Positions 29,738 through 40,636 of a stretch of 64,000 bases of DNA are shown here, one piece after another. Position 1 is the first letter of the stretch, and each line of letters begins with the position of its first letter. Made by a program: the position numbers and the translations under genes. Origin of the DNA: Alphaproteobacteria bacterium (GTDB lineage: Bacteria > Pseudomonadota > Alphaproteobacteria > MPNO01); NCBI GenBank assembly GCA_965248835.1, contig CBDFLJ010000002.1:1728001-1792000 (forward strand), given 5' to 3'. The notes beneath the pieces were generated by a model. It saw only the letters and a list, made by a program, of their open reading frames with translations, did not search any database and was not told where the DNA came from.

Positions 29738-29992
29738 ATGACTTACCGTCCATTTCGATTCGAGCGGGTAGCGGCGGTGAGCGGTGACGGCGGCGGGCGC
29801 CGCCAGCGCGCCGTGATGGCGACCGATGCCGCGTGGGAACGGATCGGCCGGGCGGGCGCTGCGGGCAGCATGGAGCTGTCACGCTTCGTGGTCCGTCGCA
29901 CGCTCGAGCGAGACGCGCTGCCGCCGCGGGTGCTGCGCCGGGCGGCGCGCCAGATGCTGGTGCCTTCCGAGCTTGATGAGAGGCGCCTTTGA
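29738..29992 (+). pseudogene. Degenerate second copy of RHH gene 1
   Basis: RRQRAVMATDAAWERIGRAG...ELSRFVV...VLRRA is homologous to 23464..23835, inverted and truncated. Confidence 0.8.
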
Positions 29993-30150
29993 AAACGCCA
30001 TTGTAATCATCGACGAGAATTTTTTTGCGCGAGCAGCGGTTGAACCGAAGACACGCGATTCGCGGAAGAGAAGCTCCATCACACGTGCGCACCGGAAGAA
30101 ATTGAGCCCAGCGGACCTCAACGAAAGGAACGCAACCTTCCGGCGAAGAC

Positions 30151-31507
30151 AGAGGTGGCGCCGGAAAATCGGACAGGTAGCTAAGGTGTATTCCACCGCC
30201 TGACGGAGGAATACAGATGAGCAGCAAACGACGCAGATTTTCAGGGGAGCTGAAGGCGAAGGTGGCGTTGGCGGCGCTTCGGGGCGACCGGACGCTTCAG
30301 GAGATCGCCTCGCAGCATCAGGTTCATCCGAACCAGGTAGGCGCCTGGAAGCGCCAGGCGATGGAGGGTCTGGTGGAGGTATTCTCGAAGGGCGCCGAGC
30401 GTCGGGTCCGGGACCATGAGAGCGAGGTCCGCGATCTTCACGCCAAGATCGGGGAGCTGATCGTGGAGCGGGATTTTTTATCGCGCGGGTCCGGTCGATG
30501 AGCCGGTCGGAGCGCCGCGCGATGGTTGTGCGCGACCACCCGGCGCTGAACCTGAGCCGGCAATGCCGCCTGCTGTCGCTCGGGCGTTCCTCGCTCTACT
30601 ACAAGCCCAAGGGCGAGAGCGCGGAGACGCTCGTGCTGATGCGGCGGATCGACGAGTTGTTCCTGAAGTACCCGTTTTACGGCGCCCGTCGGATGGCACT
30701 TCACCTGCGCCGCAAGGGCGTGTGCATCGGCCGGCGCCGGGCCGGGCGGCTGATGCGCCTGATGGGACTTCAGGCAATCTATCGGGCGCCGCGCACCAGC
30801 GATCCGCACCCCGAGCACCGGGTCTGGCCCTATCTGCTCAGGAGCTTGACGATCGAACGACCGAACCATGTCTGGTGTGCCGACATCACCTACATCCCGG
30901 TGCAGCGCGGCTTCCTTTACCTGGTGGCGATCATGGACTGGGCGAGCCGGTTCGTCCTGGCCTGGCGGCTGTCGAACACGCTGGACGCGAGCTTCTGCAC
31001 AGACGCGCTCGACGAGGCCCTGGCCCGGCATGGCGCACCGGAGATATTCAACACCGACCAGGGCAGCCAGTTCACCAGCTTCGCCTTCACCGGGCGCTTG
31101 CAGGCGCCCGGCATCCGGGTCTCGATGGATGGCAGGGGCCGGTGCATGGACAATATCTTTATCGAGCGGCTGTGGCGTTCACTCAAATACGAGGCGATCT
31201 ATCTCCACGAGATCGCCGACGGCTTCACGGCCCGGCGACTGATCGCTGAATGGGTCAGCTTCTACAACACCGAGAGGCCGCACTCGGCGCTGGGTGGGAG
31301 AACCCCGGCCGAGGCCTGGCGAGGCGAGACGCCTGTGGATATGATGGACAAGCCGCTTCGCGCCTTGCCCTTGAACGCATGCGTTCAAGCCCCACAGGCG
31401 CAGCAACAACAGGAAGATCGCATGAAAGGGATTCTGGCGGCCTGAGAAACAACCGGAATACACCTTAACTCAGCCGCCAGGCTGTCCGAAAAGGCGAGGC
31501 CTCCTCA
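30151..31507 (+). mobile_element. IS3-family element; orfA 30217..30501, orfB 30498..31445
   Basis: IRs xGAGGTGGCG...TCGGACAG / TGAGGAGGCC...TCGGACAG; WCADITY, NTDQGSQF, ERLWRSLKYE; no target duplication. Confidence 0.92.
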
Positions 31508-31618
31508 TTCCGGCCTCGACCGTGTTGAGGAAGCGGATGAATTCTTGATGGCGATGACGCTGCATGTTGCGGCCGATGACCGTGCCGTCGAGGACGTTCA
31601 GGGCGGCGAACAGCGTGG
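31508..31618 (-). mobile_element. Internal IS630 transposase fragment
   Basis: [31 protein letters not shown]. Confidence 0.75.
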
Positions 31619-31853
31619 AGCATTATTCCTCCGCCGTTAACAGTCGGGGCCGATCAAATCCCTCTCCACGCGAAAGTCCGCCTATCGGATATGGCCCGTG
31701 TTTGTTTCCATTCGGCAATCGCCCACTCGCGGCCGCGACGTACGACAAAATTAGCCAACCAACTGCCCAGATCCAAAATCCAGAAATTCCCGAGCCACAT
31801 CCCCCGCGATTGCGGCACAGCTCCGCGGCCGTTCGTGGCAAGAAATTTGCTGT

Positions 31854-33119
31854 TCAGTGACTCGCGGCGGTCGAGTCCTGGACTCGGTGTTGGGCACTGA
31901 TCGGTTCTTGTCCCGGCGCGACCACTTCATTGCGGGCCGCCACCGGAACAATTCGATTATCCGGGTCGCGAATTATTCCTGGCGGGTCTTCTCCTCGTTG
32001 GAGGGCAGCGAGCGCCTCTCGCAACGATCTTCGTACCATCACGATCCCTTGATCTGTCGTCGCCAGATTCTCGAGTGCATGGACGGTGATCGGGCCTTGG
32101 CTGACCTGGGCCTCACGATCGTCTGGGCGCCTTTGAGTGTCCTCGTAGTCCCTAATCGGATCTTGGAAGACGTTGGAGCGTCCCGGCGCCGCTTCCGCCC
32201 AAACTGATCCGTCGGTTCCGCCGTCATCCGAGACCTTCAAGGTCTCGATATGAAATCCGATCGTATGGGTGTTGTCGACGGGCACCCACCAACCGATATA
32301 GCGGCCGCGTTCCAATTGCGGTGTCTTTCCGGTCTCGGTCTGCGGCGGCAACGACCTCGAGTTGGGTACGAAGTTCTCGCCGACGCGGCGAAACAGATTC
32401 TCGTTGGGCAGGACCGCGTCGCGGACGTACTGGACGCTGATCGGCGTCCGAAGAAACGTCACGTCCGGGCGCGCCGCGTAGGCCTCGGTGAACTGAAGCC
32501 CGCTGTGCAGGGAGTGGAGGAAATAGGTGTGGTACGGGTCGGTCCCGTTCTCTTGGATCTGCAACCAGTTGCATTCGGCGACCACGCCGCGGCTGACGTT
32601 GCGATAGGCATGAAGCTTGAAGCCTTCCTGCAACCAGATGTCGTAGATGGGGAATTCCGGCTTCTTGTCCGGCGGCCCCATATAAGCGAACACGAGCCCG
32701 CCGTACTCGTGCACCGGATACCAGGGCTGTCGGACTTTGGTATAGTAGTCGCTGTGTCGTGGCTCGCCCGGCTGTTCCAGGCAATGCCCTTCGACGTCGA
32801 ACTTCCAGCCGTGATAGCAGCAACGGATACCGTCGTCCTCGAGCCGGCCGTATTCAAGGGACGTGCCGCGATGACAGCATTTGAGGCCGAGGACGCCGGC
32901 GCGGCCGCTGCCGCTGCCGTCACGGAATACCACCAGATCCTCACAAAGAATTCTTATCCGCTTCGGCAAGTCCTGGAGCTCTGCCGACAACGCCACGGGC
33001 TGCCAATAGCGCCGCAGCAGTTCCCCCATCGGCGTTCCGAAATCCACGTGGGTCAGCGTCTCGTCCTCTTTCGGGACGACGGCAATTCTGCCGTAGCCGG
33101 AACCGTCCACACCCGCCAT
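31854..33119 (-). CDS. Rieske non-heme iron oxygenase (phthalate 4,5-dioxygenase/LigXa-like)
   Basis: GTPMGELLRRYWQP, CCHRG...CCYHGW, ENGTDPYHTYFLH. Confidence 0.92.
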   Translation of the reverse strand: MAGVDGSGYGRIAVVPKEDETLTHVDFGTPMGELLRRYWQPVALSAELQDLPKRIRILCEDLVVFRDGSGSGRAGVLGLKCCHRGTSLEYGRLEDDGIRCCYHGWKFDVEGHCLEQPGEPRHSDYYTKVRQPWYPVHEYGGLVFAYMGPPDKKPEFPIYDIWLQEGFKLHAYRNVSRGVVAECNWLQIQENGTDPYHTYFLHSLHSGLQFTEAYAARPDVTFLRTPISVQYVRDAVLPNENLFRRVGENFVPNSRSLPPQTETGKTPQLERGRYIGWWVPVDNTHTIGFHIETLKVSDDGGTDGSVWAEAAPGRSNVFQDPIRDYEDTQRRPDDREAQVSQGPITVHALENLATTDQGIVMVRRSLREALAALQRGEDPPGIIRDPDNRIVPVAARNEVVAPGQEPISAQHRVQDSTAASH

Positions 33120-33415
33120 CCGATTGCTCCTTGTATCGGCGCCTTCCCAACCACGCAAAAATCGGAAGTCGATCGCCGGTTCGGAAAGCTTATTTGGCTG
33201 GCAATTGGGTGTCAAACCGGACCGCTGGAGACACTTTGGAGGGTTAATCCTAGCCTGTGGAGAATTGGTCCGAGGCCACCTCAGTCCATTCATCTCGTGC
33301 ACAAATGCGATTGCGCCCGTCTCCGATTCCATTAGACTTCTAATCAAGAAGCGGGCACGCGCTGCGAAGCCTGCGTAGTTTGGCAACCGAAGAACGAGGG
33401 AGGCTCGCTGACACA

Positions 33416-34387
33416 ATGTTGGAACACCGATTGATTATCGCCCTTTCCGCCATCGGCGTGGTGGCCGGATCCATGACGGGGATGGCCGCGGGGTTCCCCG
33501 AAAAGGACATTACATTTGTCATTCCCAACCGCCCGGGCGGGGGATTCGACGTCTACGCCCGGGCCACGGCGCGGTTCATGCAGAAGTATCTACCCAACAA
33601 GGTCCACGTCGTGCCGAAGAATATGGTGGGCGCCGGCGGCCGAAAGGGAACGACTGCGGTCTACCGTTCCAAGCCCGACGGCTACACCTTCGTCATCCTC
33701 AACATCCCGGGAATCGTGATCCCGCAGATCCTGGGTCAGAAGGTCGCCTACGACATCGGCAAGTTGACCTTCATTGGGCGCCTGTCGAGCGATAAGTACG
33801 CGATCGTCGTTCGCAAGAATTCGAGGTTCAAGTCCATCGCGGACCTTCAGAAGGCGGCCACGCCGACCAAGTTCGTCAGCCTGTCGCCGGGCATGACGCA
33901 GTACGTGTCATCCAAGATCTCGACCTCGGCCCTCGGCATCAAGGCCGCGGAGGTCTCAGGGTATCGCGGGATCCGAGGCATGCTGGTGGCGTTGATACGC
34001 GGCGACGGCGATGCCGCCGTCACAGCCGTGCAGACGGCGATCCCGTTCTTTGAGTCGGGCGACGTGGTTCCGCTCGCCTTCCTCAGTGCCAAGAGCCTGT
34101 ATGCGGGCGTACCGACGGCGAACGACGTTGGAAACTCCAAGCTCGGCTTCCTAGGGCTCGAACGCATCATCGCGGGTCCACCCGGCATTCCCGAGGACCG
34201 GCGACGCATACTCGAGACGGCCATCGAAAAGGCCGCCAAGAGCCCGGAGATGATCGCGTGGGCGAAAAAGGCCAAGCGCGACATCAAATGGGCCAACGGC
34301 GCCGAAGCGCAGCGCATCGTCGAGGGCGCGACCGAATTCTATCTCGGATACAAACAGTTCCTCGGGAAGAAAAAGAAGAAAAAATAG
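33416..34387 (+). CDS. tctC: Tripartite tricarboxylate transporter substrate-binding protein (Bug/TctC)
   Basis: PGGGFDVYAR, NMVGAGG, KPDGYT. Confidence 0.9.
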   Translation: MLEHRLIIALSAIGVVAGSMTGMAAGFPEKDITFVIPNRPGGGFDVYARATARFMQKYLPNKVHVVPKNMVGAGGRKGTTAVYRSKPDGYTFVILNIPGIVIPQILGQKVAYDIGKLTFIGRLSSDKYAIVVRKNSRFKSIADLQKAATPTKFVSLSPGMTQYVSSKISTSALGIKAAEVSGYRGIRGMLVALIRGDGDAAVTAVQTAIPFFESGDVVPLAFLSAKSLYAGVPTANDVGNSKLGFLGLERIIAGPPGIPEDRRRILETAIEKAAKSPEMIAWAKKAKRDIKWANGAEAQRIVEGATEFYLGYKQFLGKKKKKK

Positions 34388-34505
34388 CGACAGCTGATCG
34401 GCCCGGTCGCAACATCTCGGGGCACCCCGTGACGGCGGTTTGATTGCCCCTTAGAACGGTCGACGGCAACGCGCGCATCACCTCGACGAGGAGTGCCGCT
34501 GTGTC

Positions 34506-36497
34506 ATGATTGAGGCCGCCGCAACCGGGCTCGAACATTTTCTGACGCTTGAGGCGCTCCTCTATCTCGTGCTCGGCTCAGCCATCGGGCTCACCTTCGG
34601 GGCGATCCCCGGCCTCGGCGGGCCGACCGCGCTGGCGCTTTTGATCCCCTTGACGTTCGGAATGGACAGTTTTGCGGCCATCAGCCTGTTCGGCGGCGTG
34701 ATGGGCGCCGTGCCGTTCGGCGGCTCGATAACGGCGATCCTGCTCAATACGCCGGGCACGGCGCCCAACGCCGCGACATGCTTCGATGGCTATCCAATGG
34801 CGCGAAAAGGACAGGCCGGACGGGCGATCGGCGCCGCCGGTGCGGCGTCGGCGATCGGCGGACTCCTCGGCATCTTCGTGCTCGTTGGATTCATGCCCAT
34901 ACTACGCGAGCTCGTCCTGCTGTTCGGCCCGCCGGAATTCCTGATGCTCGCGCTTCTCGGTCTCAGCGCGGTGGCGGTGGCAACGCCGGGCCAGTTGCTG
35001 CGCGGTCTCATGATGGGGGGCGTCGGTCTGATGCTCGCCCTCGTGGGGTTCGACCGGGTTCATGGCGGACTTCGCTATACCTTCGGCATCGAATATCTGT
35101 GGGACGGCGTGCGTCTCATTCCGGCCTTGATCGGCTTGTTCGCATTGGCCGAGATCATCAACATCTCGGTGCGCGGCGGATCGGTGGCGACGACCGAGGT
35201 CAATACACGAATTCACGGAGTCAGCTCGGGTATCGCCGACGTCTTCCGGCACTACAAGACTCTGATCCGAGGATCGGTGATTGGCGCGTTCGTCGGCGCG
35301 GTCCCTGGAGTCGGCGGCACCGTCGCCTCCTTTCTATCCTATTCGACGACGGTGCAGTTTTCTCGCGAACCGGAGAGCTTCGGCACCGGCAACGTCGAAG
35401 GTGTCATCGCGCCCGAATCGTCGAATAATGCCAAGGACGGCGGCTCTTTGATCCCCACCCTGGCATTCGGGATTCCCGGCAGCACTGAAATGGCGGTTTT
35501 TCTGGGCGCGCTCGTCCTCCATGGCATACAGCCGGGCCCGCTCCTCATCCTCGACAATCCGGACGTCATTTTCACCCTGATCTACGCCCTGTCGTTCGCT
35601 TGCATTTTCGCCTCGCTTTTCGGATTCGCGACGGCCCGCTACCTCGTCCGGATTACCGAGGTCGATGCCCAGATCCTTTCTGTGGTGGTTCCGGTGGTGG
35701 CGCTCGTCGGGGCCTACGCGTTGCGCAACAGTTTCGGCGACGTGTTGACGGCAGTCGTGTTCGGCATCGTCGGCTATCTGATGATCCGGCTTGAGTTCCC
35801 CCGGCTCACGCTGGTGATCGCGCTCGTGCTCGGCAGCCTCGCCGAGGTAAGCTTCTTTCAGAGCTCGCGGATCCTCAGCGACGACTGGCTCGCCATGATG
35901 TCGCGTCCCGCGGTCGGCGTGCTCGCGCTCCTGATTCTGGTCAGCCTTTCGGTCCCCGCTATCCAGCGGATCCTTCGCCGGCGAAAAGAGGCCCGAGACG
36001 CGCGCGCGGCGGCGGAGCCAAACCCCATCATTGTCAGCCGGGGCGAATGGGCATTTTCGGGGCTCGTACTCCTGTTTATCGCGGTCTATCTCATCGACTC
36101 TTACACCTACACGGAGGACGAACGAAAGGTTCCACTGCTCGTCGCCTGGGCGACTCTGGGAATCTTCGTGCTCGACGTTCTCGTGATGTCGAAGACGCGC
36201 GTCGGGCGGATGGTGGCGGTTGCGTTCCCACGAGTGCGTGGGCCGATCGATCACAGCCCACCGAAATTGGCAGGCTCATTGTTCGTCTGGTTCGCGGGTC
36301 TCGCAGCCGGAATCTATCTGGTCGGATTCCTCGTCGTGATACCGCTCTTCGCCGTCGCGTCCCTGATGTTGCGTGGCGGACGACGGCCCGGCGCGGCCGT
36401 GATCCTTTCGGCGAGCTTGTTCGCGGCCGTCTGGATCGTGTTCGAGTGGTTGATGGGCTACGAGCTCTATCGAGGAATCCTGCTGGGAGCGGTCTGA
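34506..36497 (+). CDS. tctA: TctA permease with a fused C-terminal TctB-like domain
   Basis: GAIPGLG, AILLNTPG, APESSNNA, IPTLAFGIPGS, plus about 170 aa of extra TM region. Confidence 0.88.
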   Translation: MIEAAATGLEHFLTLEALLYLVLGSAIGLTFGAIPGLGGPTALALLIPLTFGMDSFAAISLFGGVMGAVPFGGSITAILLNTPGTAPNAATCFDGYPMARKGQAGRAIGAAGAASAIGGLLGIFVLVGFMPILRELVLLFGPPEFLMLALLGLSAVAVATPGQLLRGLMMGGVGLMLALVGFDRVHGGLRYTFGIEYLWDGVRLIPALIGLFALAEIINISVRGGSVATTEVNTRIHGVSSGIADVFRHYKTLIRGSVIGAFVGAVPGVGGTVASFLSYSTTVQFSREPESFGTGNVEGVIAPESSNNAKDGGSLIPTLAFGIPGSTEMAVFLGALVLHGIQPGPLLILDNPDVIFTLIYALSFACIFASLFGFATARYLVRITEVDAQILSVVVPVVALVGAYALRNSFGDVLTAVVFGIVGYLMIRLEFPRLTLVIALVLGSLAEVSFFQSSRILSDDWLAMMSRPAVGVLALLILVSLSVPAIQRILRRRKEARDARAAAEPNPIIVSRGEWAFSGLVLLFIAVYLIDSYTYTEDERKVPLLVAWATLGIFVLDVLVMSKTRVGRMVAVAFPRVRGPIDHSPPKLAGSLFVWFAGLAAGIYLVGFLVVIPLFAVASLMLRGGRRPGAAVILSASLFAAVWIVFEWLMGYELYRGILLGAV

Positions 36498-36525
36498 TGG
36501 GTGCATTTCATAGGAGGACATCGAC

Positions 36526-37587
36526 GTGCCGCTGGTCATAACCGACGATGACGCACGACGCCTGCTTTCGATGAGCGAATGCGTGGACGCCATGCGGGTA
36601 TGCTTCCGCGATTTCGCCGATGGCAAGACGGTCAGCCTGCCCCGCGTACGCTATACGGTCGACTCGCCCGATCCGGAGCGGAGCTACTACGCCAACGTTC
36701 ACGTCGGGGCGGTCCCCAGCTTTGGCATGGCGTGCGTCCGCGCCGGCTCACATCTGATCGAGAAGGCGGGATACGACGATAGTCGCCGCCGCATGCGGAA
36801 TCCCGAACCGTTCAACTGGACTGTCGTGATCCTTTACGACATTGCGACCTCCGAGCCAGTCGCGTTCATGCACGAATCATACGTCAGCGGCGTCCGGGTC
36901 GGCGCCACGTCGGGCGCTGCCGTCGCCGAGGTGACGCGGGAGGATGCCGCGTGCCTCGGTCTCCTGGGCACCGGACGTCAGGCCATGGCGCACCTCGAGG
37001 CGATCTGCGGCGTGCGGCCCATCCGTCTCGTCAAGGTCTATAGCCCCAATAGGACACATCTGGAGAGCTTCGTTGCCCGCGCCCAACGCGACGACTGCGA
37101 GGTGGTAGCCGCTGCCAACGAACGCGAGGTCGTCTCCGGTGCGAATATTGTTTGTTGCGCCACCAACACCACCAGCCCCGTGCTCTTTGGCGACTGGCTT
37201 GAGGACGGTCAAATGGTCATTTCGATTGTCAATTCAGACACTACGGGAACGCGGCGCGAAGTCGACGAGGCGACCTTCGCCCGTAGTACCGACATCATCA
37301 TCAACGACTGGGACAGCGTTCACGCCAACAAGCAGATCGAACTCCTTGAGGCGATCGAGAAAGGCCTGGTCGACAGGAACCGCGTTCACCTGCTGGGCGA
37401 CGTGTTCAACGGGCGCGCCGCGGTCAAGACGGGCTCCGACGGCATCGTCTACTTCAAGAACAACACTGGTCTCGCTATGCAGTTCGCGGCCGTCGGCGCG
37501 CTGATCTACCCCAAACTCAGCGCCGAAGGCACCGACCGCATCATTCCTCGCGAATGGTTGGCGAGCGAGCAGTACGGTATCGGCTAA
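36526..37587 (+). CDS. Ornithine cyclodeaminase / mu-crystallin family protein
   Basis: VRVGATSG, LLGTGRQA, RREVD, FKNNTGLAMQ. Confidence 0.88.
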   Translation: MPLVITDDDARRLLSMSECVDAMRVCFRDFADGKTVSLPRVRYTVDSPDPERSYYANVHVGAVPSFGMACVRAGSHLIEKAGYDDSRRRMRNPEPFNWTVVILYDIATSEPVAFMHESYVSGVRVGATSGAAVAEVTREDAACLGLLGTGRQAMAHLEAICGVRPIRLVKVYSPNRTHLESFVARAQRDDCEVVAAANEREVVSGANIVCCATNTTSPVLFGDWLEDGQMVISIVNSDTTGTRREVDEATFARSTDIIINDWDSVHANKQIELLEAIEKGLVDRNRVHLLGDVFNGRAAVKTGSDGIVYFKNNTGLAMQFAAVGALIYPKLSAEGTDRIIPREWLASEQYGIG

Positions 37588-37637
37588 ACGCTGCGACACC
37601 CATCTGTCGAATCGACGCCGAAACCCACGGACCGCTG

Positions 37638-38726
37638 TCAGATAGTGAACTGCTCCTCCTCGGGGAACTCGCCAGCCATGAACAGGTCGCCGGGGAGTTC
37701 GGTGCCAATGCCGCGCTCGCGCGCGACCTCGATCACTCGCTTGCACACGGCGGCAAACTGAATGCCCATTCCAACGTTGTTATTGTGCAGGGTAATCTGG
37801 CTGTCGCCCAATCGGCCAGGGAACGTGCGCGTGCAGAGCTCGGACAACTCGTTGACGTGCTCCCAGGTGATGTAGCCCTTGCGCACTGGGTTCATGATTT
37901 CCGGCTGCATGTCCTGTTTAACTTGCGAGAGCGAGTTGACGATGATCACGTCGGCGCGGCGGGCCACGTCGTCGTCGAGCTCGCGCCGGGCGTCAAATCG
38001 GGGCGCCCCGATCATGCCCGTGAGGTGCATGCCGTCCTCGAGCCACTCACCCTTGATGAACGGGTCGATAGCCGTTGTCGCCGTAAATACGACGTCAGAA
38101 CCCCGTACCGCTTCCTCAGCCGAGGTTACTGGATTGGCCTCGACGTTGAACCGCCGCGACACCCAGGCGGCAAATTTCTCCCGCCTCTCCGGCCGCACGG
38201 AATACACCTTGATCGTCTTGATATCGGGCCGCACGGTCATCAATGCTGTGACCTGACCCACGGCCTGCTGGCCGGCACCGATCAGGCCGGCGATCTGGGC
38301 ATTCGCGCGCACCAGGTATTTCGCGGCGACGCCGGTGGTGGCGCCGACCCGCAACGGCGAGATCGCCTCGTCCTGAACGATCCCCAAGAGCTTCCGTGTG
38401 CTCATCTGCCAGACCATGACCAACCCTGTCATGCCGCCGCGATATTGCTTCCGCTTCTCGCCCCCGATGACAGGGAACGTGACATGTCGCGAGCCCAACC
38501 GTACCGCGCAAACGTCTTGGCAAAGGACGGCGCCTGGAATGACGTTGAGGAAATACCATGTCGGCTCGTCCATGTCCGGCAGCGGGATGTGCAACCGGCG
38601 CCGGTTGATGACCTGCGCGTTGTTGTGCCCGAGATCAGCATAGGCCTCTTCGACCAGCTCGATAGCCTCATCCATGCTGACAAGGCCACGGACTTCTTCG
38701 TTCCGAAGGATGAGTACGGTATCCAT
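37638..38726 (-). CDS. Ornithine cyclodeaminase / mu-crystallin family protein
   Basis: LRVGATTG, LIGAGQQA, RRELD, HNNNVGMGIQ. Confidence 0.88.
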   Translation of the reverse strand: MDTVLILRNEEVRGLVSMDEAIELVEEAYADLGHNNAQVINRRRLHIPLPDMDEPTWYFLNVIPGAVLCQDVCAVRLGSRHVTFPVIGGEKRKQYRGGMTGLVMVWQMSTRKLLGIVQDEAISPLRVGATTGVAAKYLVRANAQIAGLIGAGQQAVGQVTALMTVRPDIKTIKVYSVRPERREKFAAWVSRRFNVEANPVTSAEEAVRGSDVVFTATTAIDPFIKGEWLEDGMHLTGMIGAPRFDARRELDDDVARRADVIIVNSLSQVKQDMQPEIMNPVRKGYITWEHVNELSELCTRTFPGRLGDSQITLHNNNVGMGIQFAAVCKRVIEVARERGIGTELPGDLFMAGEFPEEEQFTI

Positions 38727-38867
38727 GACCAAGTTCCTTCCGCCCAGTTGAAAGTCGTACTGCGGTCGTGAAATCCTGATGGAGGCACCCTGCAGTCCAT
38801 CGAACTTCACTAAAGCATAGGGGTTCGATCGGGTAGTTTGCACCACGATGACGCGAGAAACATCTAA

Positions 38868-40480
38868 CCTGGATTATTCACTCCGACCCTGATTTTGGGT
38901 TGGTGGGCATGGCGTAACTCGTTGTCATCGTGTAGAAATTCGTTGTCGAGGCGCGTTTCTTCGCGAACAACGAACCGCCACACCCACCATGACGGACGAT
39001 AGCCTTTTTGCCTTTGATCTGCCAGCCGTCCGGCGCAAGAAAGTGCGCGCTGCCTTCGACGGCGGCCTGATCTCCTCTGACGGTGGCCTGGTTCTGCTGC
39101 GCGAGGCGGAACGCCGTCTGGGCCTGGCCGGTCTGCTGGCCGGGTGCATTCGGGATCGTCGCGATCCGGCGCTGATCACCCACACGCTGGCCGAGATGGT
39201 GCGCTTTCGCATGTTCGCGATCGCCTGCGGCTACGAGGATGCCGACGATTGCGACCGCTTGCGATCGGACCCTCTGTTCAAGCTTGCGGTGGGGCAGGCG
39301 CCGGAAAGCGGCCGCGAGTTGTGTTCGCAACCGACCATGTGTCGGCTGGAGAACATGCCCTCGCGGATCGAGGCGGCGCGGATGACGGCGGCGCTGGTCG
39401 ATATCTTCTGCCGCAGCTTCCCCGCGCCTCCCGCCACCATCACCCTGGACATCGACGACACCTGCGATCCGGTGCATGGCCACCAGCAGCTGTCGCTGTT
39501 CAACGCCCATTACGACACCCGCTGCTTCCTGCCCATCCACGTCTACCATGTCGAGAGCGGCAAGCCGGTGGCGGTTCTCCTGCGCCCGGGCAAGACACCC
39601 TCGGGAGCCGAGGTTCGCAGCGTCCTCAAGCATCTGGTCCGCCGCATCCGCCGGCACTGGCCGCGCACCCGCATCGTCTTCCGGGGAGACTCCCACTACG
39701 GCCGGCCGGAGGCCATGGCCTGGTGCGAGGACAACGGCGTCGATTACATCTTCGGCCTGTCGGGCAACAGCGTGCTGCGCGCTCTGGCGGACGAGGCGGC
39801 CGACGACCTCAAGGTGCGCCGCGCCAAAGCCGGCGCCGAAAAGATGCGGACCTTTGCCGCCTTCGCCTACGCCGCCGGCTCCTGGAAGCGCAACCGCCGG
39901 GTCGTCGCCCGTCTCGAGGCCACCCCCCGCGGCTTCGATGCCCGCACCATCGTCACCTCGCTGAGCGGCGAAGCGCGCCGGCTCTATGAAGAGAGCTACT
40001 GTGCCCGCGGCCAGGCCGAAAACCTGATCAAGCTGCACAAGACCCAACTCGCCTCCGACCGAACCTCTTGCCAGAGCCCGACCGCCAACCAGCTCAGGCT
40101 GGTCCTGCACACCTGCGCCTACTGGCTGATGCTCGCCCTGCGCAGCGCCATTCCACAAGCAGCGCCTCTCGCCAGAGCCGAGTTCGCAACCCTCAGGCTG
40201 TGCCTGATCAAGATCGGCGCCCGCGTCGTCGAAAAGGCCGCCCGCGTCCGCATCCACTTCGCCTCGGCCTGCCCCGACGCCGCGCTCTTCCGCTTGCTGG
40301 CGGGCCGCCTCGCAACCGCCGGACCCTGAACACAGGGGCCGCGTGTCCCACGAACCCGACGATCTTCAACCCCAAACGCCTGACAAGACAAAGACCGAAA
40401 ACAGACGCACCACCGCGTCAGCCACCCGTTCGCGCCACGCCCGCAGCATCGAAAATCACCGACAGGATGAATAGATCGGG
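38868..40480 (+). mobile_element. IS1380-family element; transposase 38989..40329
   Basis: IRs CCTGGATTATTCA / CCCGATCTATTCA with CTAA/CTAG flanks; SSDGG, GYEDADD, RGDSHY, YCARGQAENLIK. Confidence 0.93.
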
Positions 40481-40636
40481 CTAGCGTCGCGCGATGGGGC
40501 AGGTCAGCCCCCTGTACGTCAGTCCTCTTGCATGTCGAGCCGTTCCGCGCCACGCTCAAGAAACCGGGAGGAACCCAAATGGATAATCCCGGCTTAAATC
40601 TGCCGTCTGCGAGCAGTCCTTAGGGGGAGGTCGACC

